Assembly (NCBI RefSeq): GCF_040938485.1
Contig: NW_027271005.1
Location: forward strand, 930,001 to 994,000
Origin: Diadema antillarum
Taxonomy: Eukaryota
Length of the DNA: 64,000 bases
Direction: 5' to 3'
Below are positions 24,105 through 39,100 of this stretch, piece by piece. The notes below the pieces were generated by a model. It did not search any database. It was not told the origin of the DNA and saw only the letters and a list, made by a program, of their open reading frames with translations. The position numbers and the translations under genes were made by a program. Within the stretch, counting starts at the first letter, position 1. Each line of letters begins with the position of its first letter.

Positions 24105-27100
24105 CGTGTGTGCTTTCACAGTAGTTTGGATAGGGATGCCCATTTTAAGGAAATGTTTTTGTATTATAATTCAGAAATACTGTTCAAATCCTCATAATGA
24201 TGCAGTTCGAACTCATACTAGGCTTTGCAAGACAACCTGAAGGAAATGTAGAAAAATGTTGGATTTTTCTTTGCCCATGGTTACACAAGTTAACTTATGC
24301 ATGATCCCCTTTTAAGACTACAATATATATATATTTTTTTTAAATTAGAGAATGCAATGTCAGTAGATTTAGATATATACTGTACATGTATGTCAGTGTA
24401 TTATTTGTGTTTCAATCAGCATGTACAGTGTATGCGATCAATATACTTGTGTAGATGCAAACAGAACTTTTCTTCAGATTTGCGGATGTCAGAGTTCTTA
24501 ATACCCATTATATCCCAAAGCTTAAACCAAGTGCACACTTATTATTATACACGCTGTATGTTTACAGCTGGGCCCCTATTGCAGGTGATATCACTCTACA
24601 GTTATGCAGCATTTTGTATATTCTTGCTAACAGCTGAAGGAACAACCTCAATAAGAGTGTTTATCAGGAACTACTCAAAGTCATACTTTGATACTCCAAA
24701 AATATCAGTGCTGTAAGCAGTGAGTATAGTTACAACAATTTTATTAAGGGAATTTAAAAGCAGACATGTATGAAGCCATGAAAACTGTAAAGTGCAAAGC
24801 CATGGGAATGGTGCAAAGGAAGAAGGTTACAGTTATTGAAACACAGATTTAAGGTGGGACTACAATGTTTATTTGACCATCTGTTTGGGTAATAGACCTC
24901 ACAAGATATGCACAACACTACAGGATGCACCCATGATATATTCAGAGGTATGTTTGAGTTGATTGTAAAGTTCTGTGAAGGGTTAAAAGGGCTAAGTACT
25001 ATGCAACTGAATTGCTCTCTTTGCTTGCTGAATCAGATGATAAGAGTCGTAAAACTTTAGAATCATCAGATGCAAGCTGTAATTGACAATCTTGTTGTTT
25101 TTGTTTTAATAATACTCAAAAGACTTAGAGAGCCAATTACACTCATAAGTTGAGCCATGTATCATAATGATGAAAGTTGTCACTTTGCTTCCTCTTGTAC
25201 TATTCATTTGTAAGCTTATTGGACTGAAGATTTGAGCTCATTAAGAGGATCACCTAAGATCCCAAGTACTGGCAGATCCTCCTAGTGGGGATGGTGTAAT
25301 TGCTTGGCGTATATTACGCATGGAGAAGGAATTCTGACCCTCCTACCATGTATCTTCTTGACTGTAGCAGTTTGATTGAGTGCATTTTCATCGCCCAATC
25401 AATCAAGAGCCCATCTCCCCTTACAAGGCACACAGTACACCGGAGAAGGTGCAGAGCCCGCAGTTATGCGTTTAGAATGGGCGACAGGGCACAGGACCTA
25501 AATACAGTATCACATTGAGATGGGGAGGTACATGGGGTTATCTGAGAGGTGCAGTGACAGAACTGGCACACAGTATGCATACAGGAATGAGATTTGATTG
25601 GTACACACAACGTAGCATCAACACCTTGTATCTTTGCAAAGGCCTATTTAAAAAGAGACAATTGAGTCCATGGGTGTATGTTAAATCATCAATGCAGTGA
25701 CTATACAGATGCCTGAAGATTTTTTTTTCTCTATTTGCTGATGAGAGTTACTGATGCTTAGGTTTTTAATGGTATTTTTGTGTTTTTTTGTTTTTGTTTA
25801 CTTTAAAGGGATTGTACAGTTTCTGTTGAGACCTAACTTCAGATTTCTAACATTTTTTTGGAGAGATAATGAGAAACTTTTTATGAAATATGAATGATCA
25901 TGTAATTTTAAGAGGAATTCAGCATTAATTTGATGAACATTGGTTTTGAAATGGCTGAGATATCCAAAAAAGAGCGATCCTAATAAGAGGTGGGACCCAG
26001 CTTTTATTGCGATCGATTTGTTTCACTTTGCTTTTGGGTTACTCAGCCATACCAAAACTGATTTTCATCGAATAAACTTTGAATTCCTCCTAGAATGGTA
26101 TCCTCTGCACTATTTCATTGGTGGTTTCCTGGAATCTCGAAAAAAAGTTGAAAGCCAAATTCTCATCTCCACCAATACAAAACCATCCCTTTAAGTCTTT
26201 GCTGAAGAGATCAGACTATTGCAATGTGAAGTTTAGAATATTTCAATGATCAATACAGACTGTATGTCTCTGCCTCCAGAGAACCCACAAAGTATCTTAA
26301 AGTGAATCTCACACCATGTCCAAATTGAATTTTGTGTCATGGGAAAAAGTGATGGAGAGTAGAAGAGGTTTTCCAAGTATCTGACCTTATGTCAAAATCA
26401 ATTAGTTCTAAAATTTCACATTTTCAGGAAATGGTGGTGGTGATTGTAACCTCATACACACTGGAAGTAATATGAGATGAAGATGTAACAGACTTTTTTT
26501 TTTGCACAAGAGATAATTCTATTTATTTGCAGTAGGTCAGTATGTTTGTTGTATCTGAATAAGCAAGCAATAATGTCTTTTAGAATATGGGATAGTGTTG
26601 TAGTTTTGAGTTTATCAACCAAACACTCATTTTTCAGATGTTTTTGTGCAAAACCCAATGAAAGTTTGAAGTCAATTACATTATCACATTTAAGCTAATT
26701 TGTTTAATAGTATCAGTATCATTATAGGATAAGATAATGTCAAACTTGTGTCCTGTTCTGATAAAACTGTTGCCATTCTGTTTAAGAGATTTTACTTTAT
26801 TCAGGGATGCCAGTTTTCAGGCAAGAGCCTGAATTCAGGCCCTGGCAGTTTCAAAGTTCAGGCGTTATCATATACAAAGAGGCTTCATGTTGATGAATTT
26901 CAGGCCCTGTTTTTCATTCAAACTGGCATCCCTGTTTATTCATTCAAATTGAAGTGAACTTTGTGTGGAATCATACTTTTACTATGTACTTAACCCAGTC
27001 ACTTTTTTCCAGGTCAAATTAGTAACATGTATGAAATTATATTTTGTTTACAGGTCTGAAATATGCACACACACACACAAAAAGGATTGTAATACGTTAC

Positions 27101-30100
27101 AGACCTGACAATAACTATAAATATTGACAGTGTTACCTTAAGTCAAGGAAATGTTGACCATCTGTTGATGGTTTTCAGACAATAACAAAAAATGAATGTC
27201 AAGAAATGTTTTATGCAGACATCCAGGTTTTTGTGGCTCTGTGCCAATGTAGAGTTACTGGGTAGGATTCTCAGTGGATTTAGGGCATAGCGTGACATTA
27301 TTGTGGAAATAGCCGAGGGATGTTTTGGTGCATCATGCCTTGGAGAGAAACACCTGTCCTGAACTGTTCATACCCACCACAGCTTATAGTCAGCCGGGTT
27401 TTCTCATTGTCATTGCCCTTGTACCAACCAATAGTTGCAATGGAGCCCGATGATTTCGTGCAGATTTGATTTAGTGCCTGATATGACATGACCCGATCGG
27501 GGAGTAGTGATGTATTGTTTCGTGCCCGCAGAAACCTAATGTATGTCTTCCTCTGCGGCTGACTGTGTGATGTGAATCATAATACAGAGATTAAACAGGA
27601 CTTTCCCCTCAGGTATAACCGGGTAACCAGAGACCCTAATCTCAACCTGTCCCCTCTTTACTAGGCTCTTACCACCAACAGCTTTTCAAGGTCAAAGGTG
27701 TCAAGGGCTGTGTATCACTATAGATGCTTGTATGTACATTAAACCCTCTGTCAGACTGTGACTCAAAATTTGTAATTATCACAAATCTTTAGGAAGTCTT
27801 AGTCTAGTGTACATGTCCTCTGGGTACTTGATTTGATTTGAATTGATTTGATTTATTTCCACATTCAGTCAAATGCAAACTGTATACAAACTTTAGAAGC
27901 ACAAAGACAAAGAATAACAAATGTGTTCATAGTGAAATAAAAGGATAACATTACACAAATAGAGACACATAAGTAATTGCGTTGAGCAGTGTATTTTGTA
28001 CATACACGGAAATATAAAATAAAATATACAGTATTTTCAGTAGATAACAGAGATAATTGAATGCAGGAGACCACCATTGTGAGCGATTGAGCTTGAAATG
28101 GATGGGGCCTTGTAATTGCTGGTACTTTGACAGGTTAATCTTTTCTCTTTGTAACATATCTTTATCTTTTTTTATCTCCTTTTGTTGTTGTTTTGGATGG
28201 CTGTGCTGTATTTGTTCTTCATCTTCTTTTATTCTGGAGATGATTGTAACCATGGAATATGAAGATTACAGCACAAAATCGCATTTTAGAGTTAGTGACA
28301 ATCGGGTCAGAAGGACATTCAAAGATCTTTGTATGTCCTTCTGACCTGATTGTCACAAACTCTAAAATACCAGTTTGTGCTGTAACCTGATCAATTTACA
28401 TTTAGCGTTAGATTAGTTGACAAAAGCTTAGAATATGTCCATATATAAATGTCTTTTGTGCGATATAGTAGCTGGTATTCAAATGCTATCACTCTGAAAT
28501 GGTACACTGTGCGTATTAAAGCTGTGGAATAGCCTTTATCACATTTTTATGAAATCTTGCCCATTACACAATATATTTCCTAAACCCAACGTAACAAAAT
28601 CACTCCTAAATATTTCTGGACTAGTATTAGAAAATACCTTGATGCCTTCCAGTCAGATTAAATTTTTTTTCTGCTAAATTTGTGTGTGTTTTATGTTTCT
28701 CTATCTCAAAAGTGTTTTAGGGATTGAAATGACATTAGTTTGACTTGCAATCACTGTGATGGCTCAGACATTCTCCATCTGACACAATTCTTTCCTCATC
28801 ATCTGCTACTATTTCAGGTAAATGGCCAGTGTGAGTGCATCCACAACACTGAGGGGAAGAACTGTGAGAGGTGTAAGCCCTTCTACAACGACCAGCCCTG
28901 GAGACCGGCTAGAGTCTTGGGTGAAAATAATGAGTGTAAACGTAAGTATCTCCAACTCTGCGTGTGGTATTTAGAGTCCCTCTCTTTCTTTCAGCCTGTG
29001 GATGATTTAGGGCAAACATATACATATTTTGCTCTTTGGTGTTGGTCTTTTCTTTGTATGGAGAGAGTGATATAAAAACTAGCTGAGTGAGGTAAGATTC
29101 AGCAAAATCAGAGACAGAATATGAAAGGAAGTTGTGAAATGTTAAAGTGTCACCAAAGTTTTCAGGAACAAAAATATATTGTTGTCACCTCATATGCAAA
29201 TCAGATGAAGTGATGTTGCCAGTGGCTCATAAGTATCTCACTGGATGTACAAAAAAGAGAAGGAAAAGAAGAAGAAGAAGAAGTGTTCTTGGTTACTAGT
29301 TTGGCAATGACAAAGACATTCAATAGTAAATCTTGGCAAAGCAGTTCTCCAGTAATTTGAAATGACATATGTAATTCCTTTTTGATTTCATGTGAAAAAA
29401 AGAGATGTATGGAAGATTTGTGTATAGGTCAATGACTTGTGTGGTGATGAAATCATCATCTCTTCTAATTTGCATATGACATCATTGTTTCACGAAAAAT
29501 TGTAACTTCATAACTTTGGTTACACAAAGTTAAAATGAAACATCTTCTGTTTTGTTGTTAGGTTTTTAGAGCCTCTATTTATAAACATCAACTTTCAACA
29601 CAGAGTGATATTCGATTTAAAAAGCTGAGTTAATAGTGAGATGAAAACTTGACCTGCTCCTAAAGAAAAAAAAAAGACAAGAAAAGAATAATGCCTGACT
29701 TGACAAATATTGGGAGTGTATATTTGCATCCTTATTTGATTGACCTGGACTAACACAAGCATGCGGAATTTGTGACTTATGTTTACCAGGTAATAAAATC
29801 CAACTTTTAAGAGCTTCAGAATTTTTGACAATAGACTTTTGATCTTCAACTGAAGCCGTATTAAAAAAGCAGACATCAGTTATCAGTAGAACGACAACAG
29901 TTATCAGTATATCAATGCATATACATTGTAGGTCATGTTTGTGATACAGATGATGATACAGAAATGACTGTGATAACAATGGTAGTATCCTTGTCATTTT
30001 TTTTTAAAATTAAATGCACATTGTGACAGGATGTTGTGCTTCCTGAGGGTGTAGCTTCACTTAAATTGTCAATTTATTTTGCAAATTGCAGCAGTACAGC

Positions 30101-33100
30101 TTTTGATGGATAATTGTGCTCTCCGTATTGACCGATTCGGGTTCGTTGAGGGCAGCAGACATTTCATGGCACTGGGCGCAGCCATAGTGGGTGTCTCAGC
30201 CGACCCCCCCTGCTCTCTCCCACCCTGGGCAACATGTTTATCACGCACTTGTAACAAAGGTTCGCGCACTAAGCAAGCATTCGCGCACTCAGTACGAGAC
30301 GCCCATTGGCTAAAGCAGTTTTTCATTCTGCGCGCGTGCTAATGTAGGGAGAGGGGTGGGGAGTGGGAAGGGGGGGTCGGCTGAGACACCCACTATGGCT
30401 GCGCCCAGTGCCAAAAATACACATAGTGCGTCACAGAATCGGTCAATAGACACCAAGGCTGGCATCCCGTGTTGGTATTTTCCCATCAGGAGCCAGCTAT
30501 ACCAGACACATTGTATCACATCACTCCAGACAGTGATATGTAGAACTCTTTTGATAGTGTACTTACAGTCAGACTAGCCTGATGAGAGTCTCTGATAAAT
30601 TTTTCTTGTAAAGACTGCATCTATCTGATACTGGATGGGATGAACTGTGTCTCATTTTGCTATAATTTGATGGTTTGATTTCAGAAGACATGAATGTGTC
30701 ACTGCTCGACAGATACGGAATTATATCATTTTTAGGCTGGCGAAATGGGAAGACATGTACACCTTGTAGCACAGTCATGTCTACTATATAGGAATCATCT
30801 GAACACTTTGCAATGTGATTGTCAGTAGAAGTTAACAAAAGCTTTGCTGTTATGAGGAGCTGTGCAATTTGTATGAAACTAAGACATGGATGGGGGTAGT
30901 ACTATAATAGGTGTAGATAAAAATGGCACACTTTTGATCTTTAATTACTCAAAAAGAATGTACATTAGGTAATACTGAAGATGATATGGTTCATAGCTGA
31001 ATAATGCACTTTTTTTAGATGGTTTGGACATGATATCATAAATCAGTTTTCAAATTCCTGTTCATTTTTCAAGTTAGGTTTCAGATTTTGCTCAATTTCC
31101 AACTGGCTGTGCATACAAAATATTTGTATGCATGTAAACGATTGAGTGAAATAGACAGAAAGCCTGGTCTGCCCTACAACCTGTAGGCCCTACCTTCCTT
31201 TTTTGTTTTCCTTCACACAATCTTCCTGGTAGTTAAGCCATCGCTATGGAAACTAAATGTGCCATCTGTTAGCCTGATGGGGGATTGCAACATCTGATAG
31301 GCAAAGGGTTAATTAAGTGTGATGTTCGGTGTCAATTGTGATCCTCATGAGCGTGTTGGAAGATGTGTTGCTTGTCCTCTCCAACAATCCCCAACTGTTT
31401 CTATTCTTGTCTATGGTCACATGTATATTTTCCAATACAATCACAATATGTTCAGGTTGCAGCTCTGAAAGAGGTACACTGTATGAGTACATTTGCCGTA
31501 AGGGCAGTTCATAAAATTCATTTGTTATTTTAATAGTGTGTATGTTGTTGTTGGTTGTGTAATTACAAAAACATATGCGACTCAATGCTTGTCTTTGATG
31601 TCACTTGCCTCAATCACTGTGCAGAGTGTAATTGTAACGACCACGCCTCGCGGTGCCACTTTGACGCGGCGGTGTATGAGCTGACGAATGGGGCCAGTGG
31701 TGGGGTGTGTGATGACTGTATGCATAACACCATGGGCCGCAACTGTGAGCAGTGCAAGCCGTTCTTTTACATGCACCCCGACCGAGACATCAGGGACCCC
31801 AACATCTGTGTCCGTAAGTCATTGAGTGGTTTTCCACCTGAGTTTTCCCATCCCCTCACATGCTCCATGTGGGGTGAAATACTTGCCAAAGACTTGATGA
31901 AGGGTTTTATTGCACTTGAAAAAAAGAAGAAGATATAAAATCATGCATCATTACATTTTTATTTCTTCTAATTTTTGTTTTTGCCTTTTTTCTTTTCTTT
32001 TGCAAATGTTTGTTCAAGAATTACCAGTTTGAGCATTGCTTTCTGCTTCAAGTTCATTACCGTTGCATTATGAATCACAAGATCAACAACATCAATTTTT
32101 CTTCCTTTTCTCTCTGCTGCGCTGTTATGAGTTTGCAAACTGAATGTCAAACAAACCACAGATCTTTTTCCAGTGTTATTTAAAAAGAAAAAAATGAAAT
32201 GTATTACAGGCCTCTTTCACTGGTACTGCGTGAAATTAGAGCAACTGTTTATCATTAGGAGCAGTGATTTAAAAAACGTCCAAGTGGTCATATTTTGATG
32301 CATATGTGTAGCTCAGTTGTTTCACGAAACATCCTACCATAAACAAATTTTGCAATAAAGCCTAAGATATAAGGAGATATCACCATTTTTGTCAATAAAC
32401 CATAACTGTAGATGGCTTATTCTAGAAACTATTCTGATATAACTATTGTTCAGTATTTAACAATACTTAACATGAATTAGTTTTACATTGGTTGTTTCTA
32501 TACCGACGTGTACCTCACATTTTAGAACTATTTTGAAGCACTTAAGCTGGGCTTTTGTTTCATCTGCAGATGGTAGTGTTTTTGAACAAGACAAAAGAAA
32601 ATCTGAACCCAACTATGAAAGAGAGAAAAGAACTCCCAAAACAATGTCACATTTTCCAGGTGCTTGCATTTTGCCTAGAACATGTTTTTGATGTTTGAAC
32701 GTCATGATCGTTTTTTACTATTACCTGATAATGAATAAAGAGGGTGCAATGTAAGGACTCTGGTGAAAGTTCATCAATTCTGTTTATTTCACATACCGAC
32801 CCTTGAAGAGCATTTGAATTACCTCTTATTTGTTGCTCTGCTACTCTGATTTGCAGTTTGGTTTCACCAAAGCTGCATGTGCTGTTCAGTTGTAATTATG
32901 GTATGAAGTTCGGAACCATTTTTCTTTCTATGTGTGAATCCAAATGCATGGCATTGCATAAATGAATACTGTAGTCAGTTGAATAAGAGATATAATTTTC
33001 AAGCTAATACATTTTAAGTAACCTAGTTTTTATTTACATTGTCCTGATTTGTTTAATATGTTTTCATTGGCCACTGGGAGTATTTTTTTATTCATTGTTG

Positions 33101-36100
33101 CAGTCATAATGCAATTATCAATCTGAAAAACAAATGAATATGATAGATGCAATACATTGTACATGTCATCAACATTCAGAGTACCAGTGAATATGTGTTT
33201 AATTGTAATGTACACGTAGTTGAATAGTTTCTGGACAAGGGACAGACAACTGTGTAAATTAGCTGAAACATGCTTGTCTGCCAAAGAAACTTATCTCTTT
33301 TATGGTCAATAGTCCATGGTCCTATCTTGCTTGTGATAGCTAATCAGCTGGAGTCAATAATGTCTGTGTTGCAGATGTCACAGGAAGAATTGTTTTCAGT
33401 TGTAATTAGATAAAGGCTGATGACATTTAGGTTAGTTAATGTCAGCACTAGGCCAGAAGGTCATACTGGCGGGTGAGATTCAAAGATTTCAACATCTCAT
33501 TCCCATGAGCTGTGGATGAACTTTTGTTTGGGGACAACTATTTCTACTTTGTCTTCCATAAAGTGCCTGCTAAACAGCAAAATTGTAGGGGGGGGGGGAA
33601 AGATGTAAAACAAACCAAAAGTGATAATCCAGGGAACTAAATGTTCAAGTACAGAGAAGGAGATATCATGTGTGGCATGCATTTAAAAAGCAGTTTGCTA
33701 CGATAGCAATGTGAGATCAGTTCAGCTTGGTGGTAGCAACAAGTGCAATGTAAGTTGCAAGTTTGTCAGCCATTACTGTGGTAGCTGCAATTATCACAAT
33801 AGCAATAACAATAGCAGCAAATTTTTTCATCAAACAGGAATCAGGTTGATGTAAAAATTTTACATTAAGACTTAAAGGGTTGTATAAATCCCTTTTGCAA
33901 ACGACACAAAATTTTGCTTGGTTGAAGAATAGTGTCTCCCAATATCTTGTATGAAATCTTACAGTAGTATGCCTCACAGTTCAACAACATGAAATGGTAA
34001 TGTAGCCCCATGTTTCTTGAGAATGCATTGCCCTTTACGCATAGAGAATAACTCAGAATAACTTTGTGAATGAATTCATCGGAAACTTAAAGTATTGTTT
34101 CCCTCTCCATCATAAAGAAATTTCCAGTTTCATAATTGTGTGGAAAGATCGGAATTTCTACATTATATCAGCTTATGAAAGGAGTCTGTTTTTCAGGGTT
34201 GCAAAAGAGACACACAAACACTAAACTGGAGGTATTTGAATATTATGTATTGTAGGACAGTGCTGTGTCAGATGTGATGCATTGATGCATCTGTTGAAGG
34301 TATAGTCAATTGCATGTGTTGAAGCAGAGTGAGTGTGTTCATTAATCATATGAGTGACCTTCACCAAGCTCCCTTTACTCCCTGTCCTCTCTCCCCCATC
34401 CTCCTACCCTCATCTCCCAGCATGCAACTGTGACCCCTCGGGTTCGGAGAATGGCGGGGAGTGTGCCAGCCACACGGTGGACGATGTGGTGGCTGGTATG
34501 TGTCTGTGCAAGCGCTATGTGACGGGGCAGCGCTGCGACGTCTGCCAGGACGGCTACTGGAACCTGAGGGAGGACAACCCAGAGGGCTGCATAGGTAATT
34601 TTGCGCTCCTGCCTGCCAGACAAAATTGTGCTTCTTTGCAGAGAACTTTTCTGCACCCCACTTAAAAAAAAGATAAGCTTGTTACATACTGCTGGATGAG
34701 ATGTTTTTGTACCGGCATGCATTTCAAATGCGTCTGAAGTTTGGAATCAAATTTTCTTTGTTAGATTTGGCAAAAGGTGATGTGATGATTTGACTGCTTG
34801 CTTTTTTGAGATGAATGATAATATGCTGTCTCTTCATCCATTTACAAGAGCATTGTCTTTGGATCTATCTATCGATATGTCAATACGTATATAAACACAC
34901 ACATTATACCCTATACATGTACGTGAATGGTTGAATCAGTAATGTGGCACTCTGCCGAGTTAAATGAATGACAATATGTTACAGGTACCATGAATGCATC
35001 TTAATAATTCTTACTGATATACTTCTCTCCTGAGTTGTCAAACTGCTTTCAGTAAATTCCAGACCTGAAGGAAAGTCAATGTTCAAGCAGTAACAAGTGA
35101 AAGACCCTCACCACTGCAAGCCATTTTAGGATCACATCCACTTTTTTTTTCAGGAAGAGTTGCAATTTATCTCAATTTTGAGCTGTCATAAGTGAGAACA
35201 AATGCATGTAGGAGACCAGATACTATTCCAAAGTTAAACAAGATTCTTCTTTGAGCTGTCAGTAATGTTTGAAACTTATGTCTAGAGAGGTGATGAGATT
35301 ACATTACTGAATAACATTGTATCACATGCTTAATCATTGAAAATCAATGAAAACTTGATGACATTGTGGGAATATGATTTAGATACCGCTACAGGCATGA
35401 TTTTGTCTGTTAAAGTTTTGAAAGAACATTAATGCACTTACTTCCATCAGAGATCTCTTTTTCATTCTTTTCGACATAGCAGTGGTAGTCATTCTGTCAG
35501 TTTTGTATCATTTTTCTCTGTTTCCTGTCTTCCCTTGAACCATCCAGAATGTGCTTGCAACTTACTTGGATCAGAGAACAACATGGGATGTGACAAAACG
35601 ACGGGCAACTGCAGGTGCAAGCGATATGTCACTGGCCAAAACTGCGACCGCTGCTATGTGAGTCGATTGTGCTCTTTGGTCATATTTGTTATTTAGACAG
35701 GGATGGGTTCAAAGCACATACACTATCATGCACCTGCTTACTCTGGCCCTAGTATGCCATCCCACATACAGTGATTGACACATTCTGGCATATGTCCATA
35801 TAAAGGTTCTTTATATTTCAGTTTGTGTTGGCAAATTCTGTTGGGACATTGCTATTAGATGCTATTTGAGACATAAGCTTGTAGTTTTCAAACATGAGAT
35901 TTTGGAGGGATTCTGTTGGGACCATGCCATTAGATTTTAAGGTCAGATATTGCTTGGTCATGAGAGCAAGTGATGTAATATTGGTAATAGAACAGGGTTT
36001 ACTGTCATGGATAGTTGGATATGCACATTGAGACAAGCAAAAGGAAATGTTGCATGGAATGTTTTTGTGATATATGCAGGTATTTTGTGATGGGAATCGA

Positions 36101-39100
36101 ACATATTTGATATTAAAGTGATTGGTGTTTTGAGTTCATTCCTTTTCAGCACTGGTTTTGTAGAGGGTATGTAACATCTTTTTGAGTTGTTTTGATTGAT
36201 AGTTTTCACATAATCTCTCACATGACACTCACTCTAGATTTAAAGATTAAAAAGAACCCCAAAAGGATCATATCTTGATGTTTGATATGTCTGGCATAGT
36301 GAAAAGTGATGGGATAGATACAAGTTGTAGCATAGAGAGAATAAAACACTTCAGGAAAGAGTGGCAATGCCCACAGACTAGGTACCTTGTACTTGGGACT
36401 TAAAACTGTCATTCCTATAGTTCCTTGAAACAAACAAACAAACAAACAAAGTATTTTTGCCAAAGATGCAAGGAAAAATTAATATCAAGCAAGGAATTCA
36501 AGACTTTGGTACATGATTTGGGCAAGGAGTTGGCAGGTCAACTAATTGAGAGAAGGTACCTGTATCTTGCAACCTTTTAGATACTTATTTTGCTAAAAAG
36601 TTGAGCAATTTTGTACTCCATTTTTGACCCCTAACAGGAGGGCTACTTCGGTCTGAGCCAGGACGTTTACGGCTGCCAGCAGTGTGACTGCGATCCCGGC
36701 GGTTCCTACAACAACTCGTGCAACCAGGTCTCAGGCCAGTGCCCGTGCCGGCGTAACGTCGGAGAGCGTCAGTGTAAGAGGGTCAACTCTGGCTACTACT
36801 ACGTCAACATGGACTACTACACCTATGAGGCAGAGTACGCACAAGCCGTTGGGGAACTATCGGTGAGTGGCTCCACCACAGCTGTCCTGCTCTGGCAGGG
36901 AAGTTTGCATTTCAGTGCTGCACTGACACTAGAACTGCATCTGTCTTTAGTGTGTAAGGTGAAGATTTCTTTCCCTTGCCCTAAGGGAAGCCTTGTATAA
37001 GTATGTCGTCGCTTGGGTGACAAGACCTTGTATCTCAAATCTTGATAAAAATTACTTTTTTTAAAATTTATGGTAAATTGGTGAAGTGATGTCCTGTCCA
37101 AATCCTATGTGTCTTACCCTAAAAATGAAGCCACCACAGCATTTCAAAAGAATTGCCATTCCATTCACTACAGTGCTTTGGCTGCCATGTTTTTTGGCTC
37201 TCCTGAACATTTGACATATTGTAAAAACGAGGTCTTGTCACCCCAGCGAAGATATGTTCTTTTAGTTCCCAGATGCCTTGTCAGTGTCCTTTCAATTGAG
37301 ATGAGCTGACCACAGGGAGTTGCCCGTGCAGTCTTGACAGTGCAGTTTATTGCGTGCAGAACTTGCTGTTGTGACATGAAGCATGACATTTATATATTTC
37401 AGTTCTGCAATATTGAAGTTAAGTACGTAGATCATTCACAAGCTGGTGAATGATGTCCATTGTTCTATGTCAGGTGTAGTATGTTCATAAACTTTTTCAC
37501 AATTTTGCAGTCTTCTTGAAATGACACTGAAAGATCTGAACTACATGTAGGCCTGGTAGGACTCATACATTCTGTATGTGGTGGATAGGAATCTTGAGTA
37601 ACTCAAATGAGCCATGAATGATAGGCATGTGACATGTGTTGAGAAATTGCTGCTTAAGTTGGTTGCACTCCTTCCTCTCTTGTCCTTCACACACAGCTTG
37701 TGGACTACTACCCCAGAATGCGAGATGGTGGCTACATCGGGTGGACTGGTCCAGGCTTTATGAGGATCCATGAGGGTGGGCAAATACTGTTCACAGTCGG
37801 CAATTTACCCATGTCTGGAGACTACGATATCATTCTCAGATACGAGCCACTGGTGAGTTGTCCTTTTTCATGCACTTTGTTTGTCAGTGTTGTTATTGTT
37901 GTTTATTTTTATCTAAAGAGGAGATTGGGGTATTTACTCTCTAAGTTTTACCTGTATGTCAAGAAATTTTTGGTTGTAGAAATGTGAAAAAATAAAGGTG
38001 TGTTGGATGGAAATAACATTTCACTAATGTAAAGCATGATCACTTTCGGTATCTGATTCACTTTCCACATTGAGTAATAATGAAAAAAAATTGTATTGTT
38101 CTTATTATGCAAGTTTTGATTTTGTGATATACGTCAGCTCATGAACATGACACATTACCAATTTCTAGCTCCCCCTGTTGTGTGTTGTGTCCATATTTTC
38201 TTGGAATGTCGCAATTTTACTGTACATATTTTTCTTGTCACTCATATAGTTATTTTTGTTATGTTTTTCTTCTTGCTGACATGATGGATTGGTAATAGTT
38301 TTAGTTTTTTTGACATCCATAATGGTACCTTGTGGATTTGTAGTTTTAATTTCTGTTCATTTGTATCTGATACTTGAAAATTGAACTCATGCTGTAATGA
38401 CTGGTTGATTGCAATTTTTATTTTTTGCTTGAACATTATAGCTTCCAGGAGCATGGGAGGATGTGCGAGTCACCATCAATCGTCCTGGGGAAATCCCCAA
38501 CTGGAGTATCTGTGGCAACACCATCCCACTGGATGACATACTGGTTACCACAATTCCCTCTGAGAGAAGGTTGGTACCTCCCCCCCCCCCCCCCCCCCCA
38601 TTAATATCTCTTCACATCTCTTCATGTTTTCATAATAAAATATATACAATTTTCCCTATTCAGGAATAGATGTGAAGAACAATGAAATTAAAGGCTATAG
38701 CTCTCTTTGACATCCTTTTTCAAGTGCACATTTACAAATATGTTAAAAACATTTATCATACATACGCTATGTATATAATACTGGAACTGTGATTGCTAAT
38801 ATGAAGGAAAAATAAAGTAATGTTATAGTTGTTTTTCCACATAATGTAACAAAAAAGTAAATGTTATGAGGGAACTGGTTTTGATGGATATATGTTTTAT
38901 ATTGGGTTTATGGATATTGCAGTCAGGATTTGTATCATAATTCTCCAAAAAACAACAAACAAACAAACAAACAAAAATATGCACAACCCTCCCCACCCCC
39001 CCCCCCCACAAACTCATATTAGCAAACATGGTGGACACCACAAATGCTTGATTGAATCATATACCAAGATAACATTGCAGATAAAAGAGAAAAACAATGT

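Noticed and set aside
33410-33510. CTGATGA box-C-like motif suggesting an intronic snoRNA
   Set aside because: Imperfect C box, with no matching D box and terminal stem found.
35791-35810. Partial resemblance to an echinoderm miRNA sequence (CTGGCATATG)
   Set aside because: Only ~10 nt match from memory and no hairpin context.
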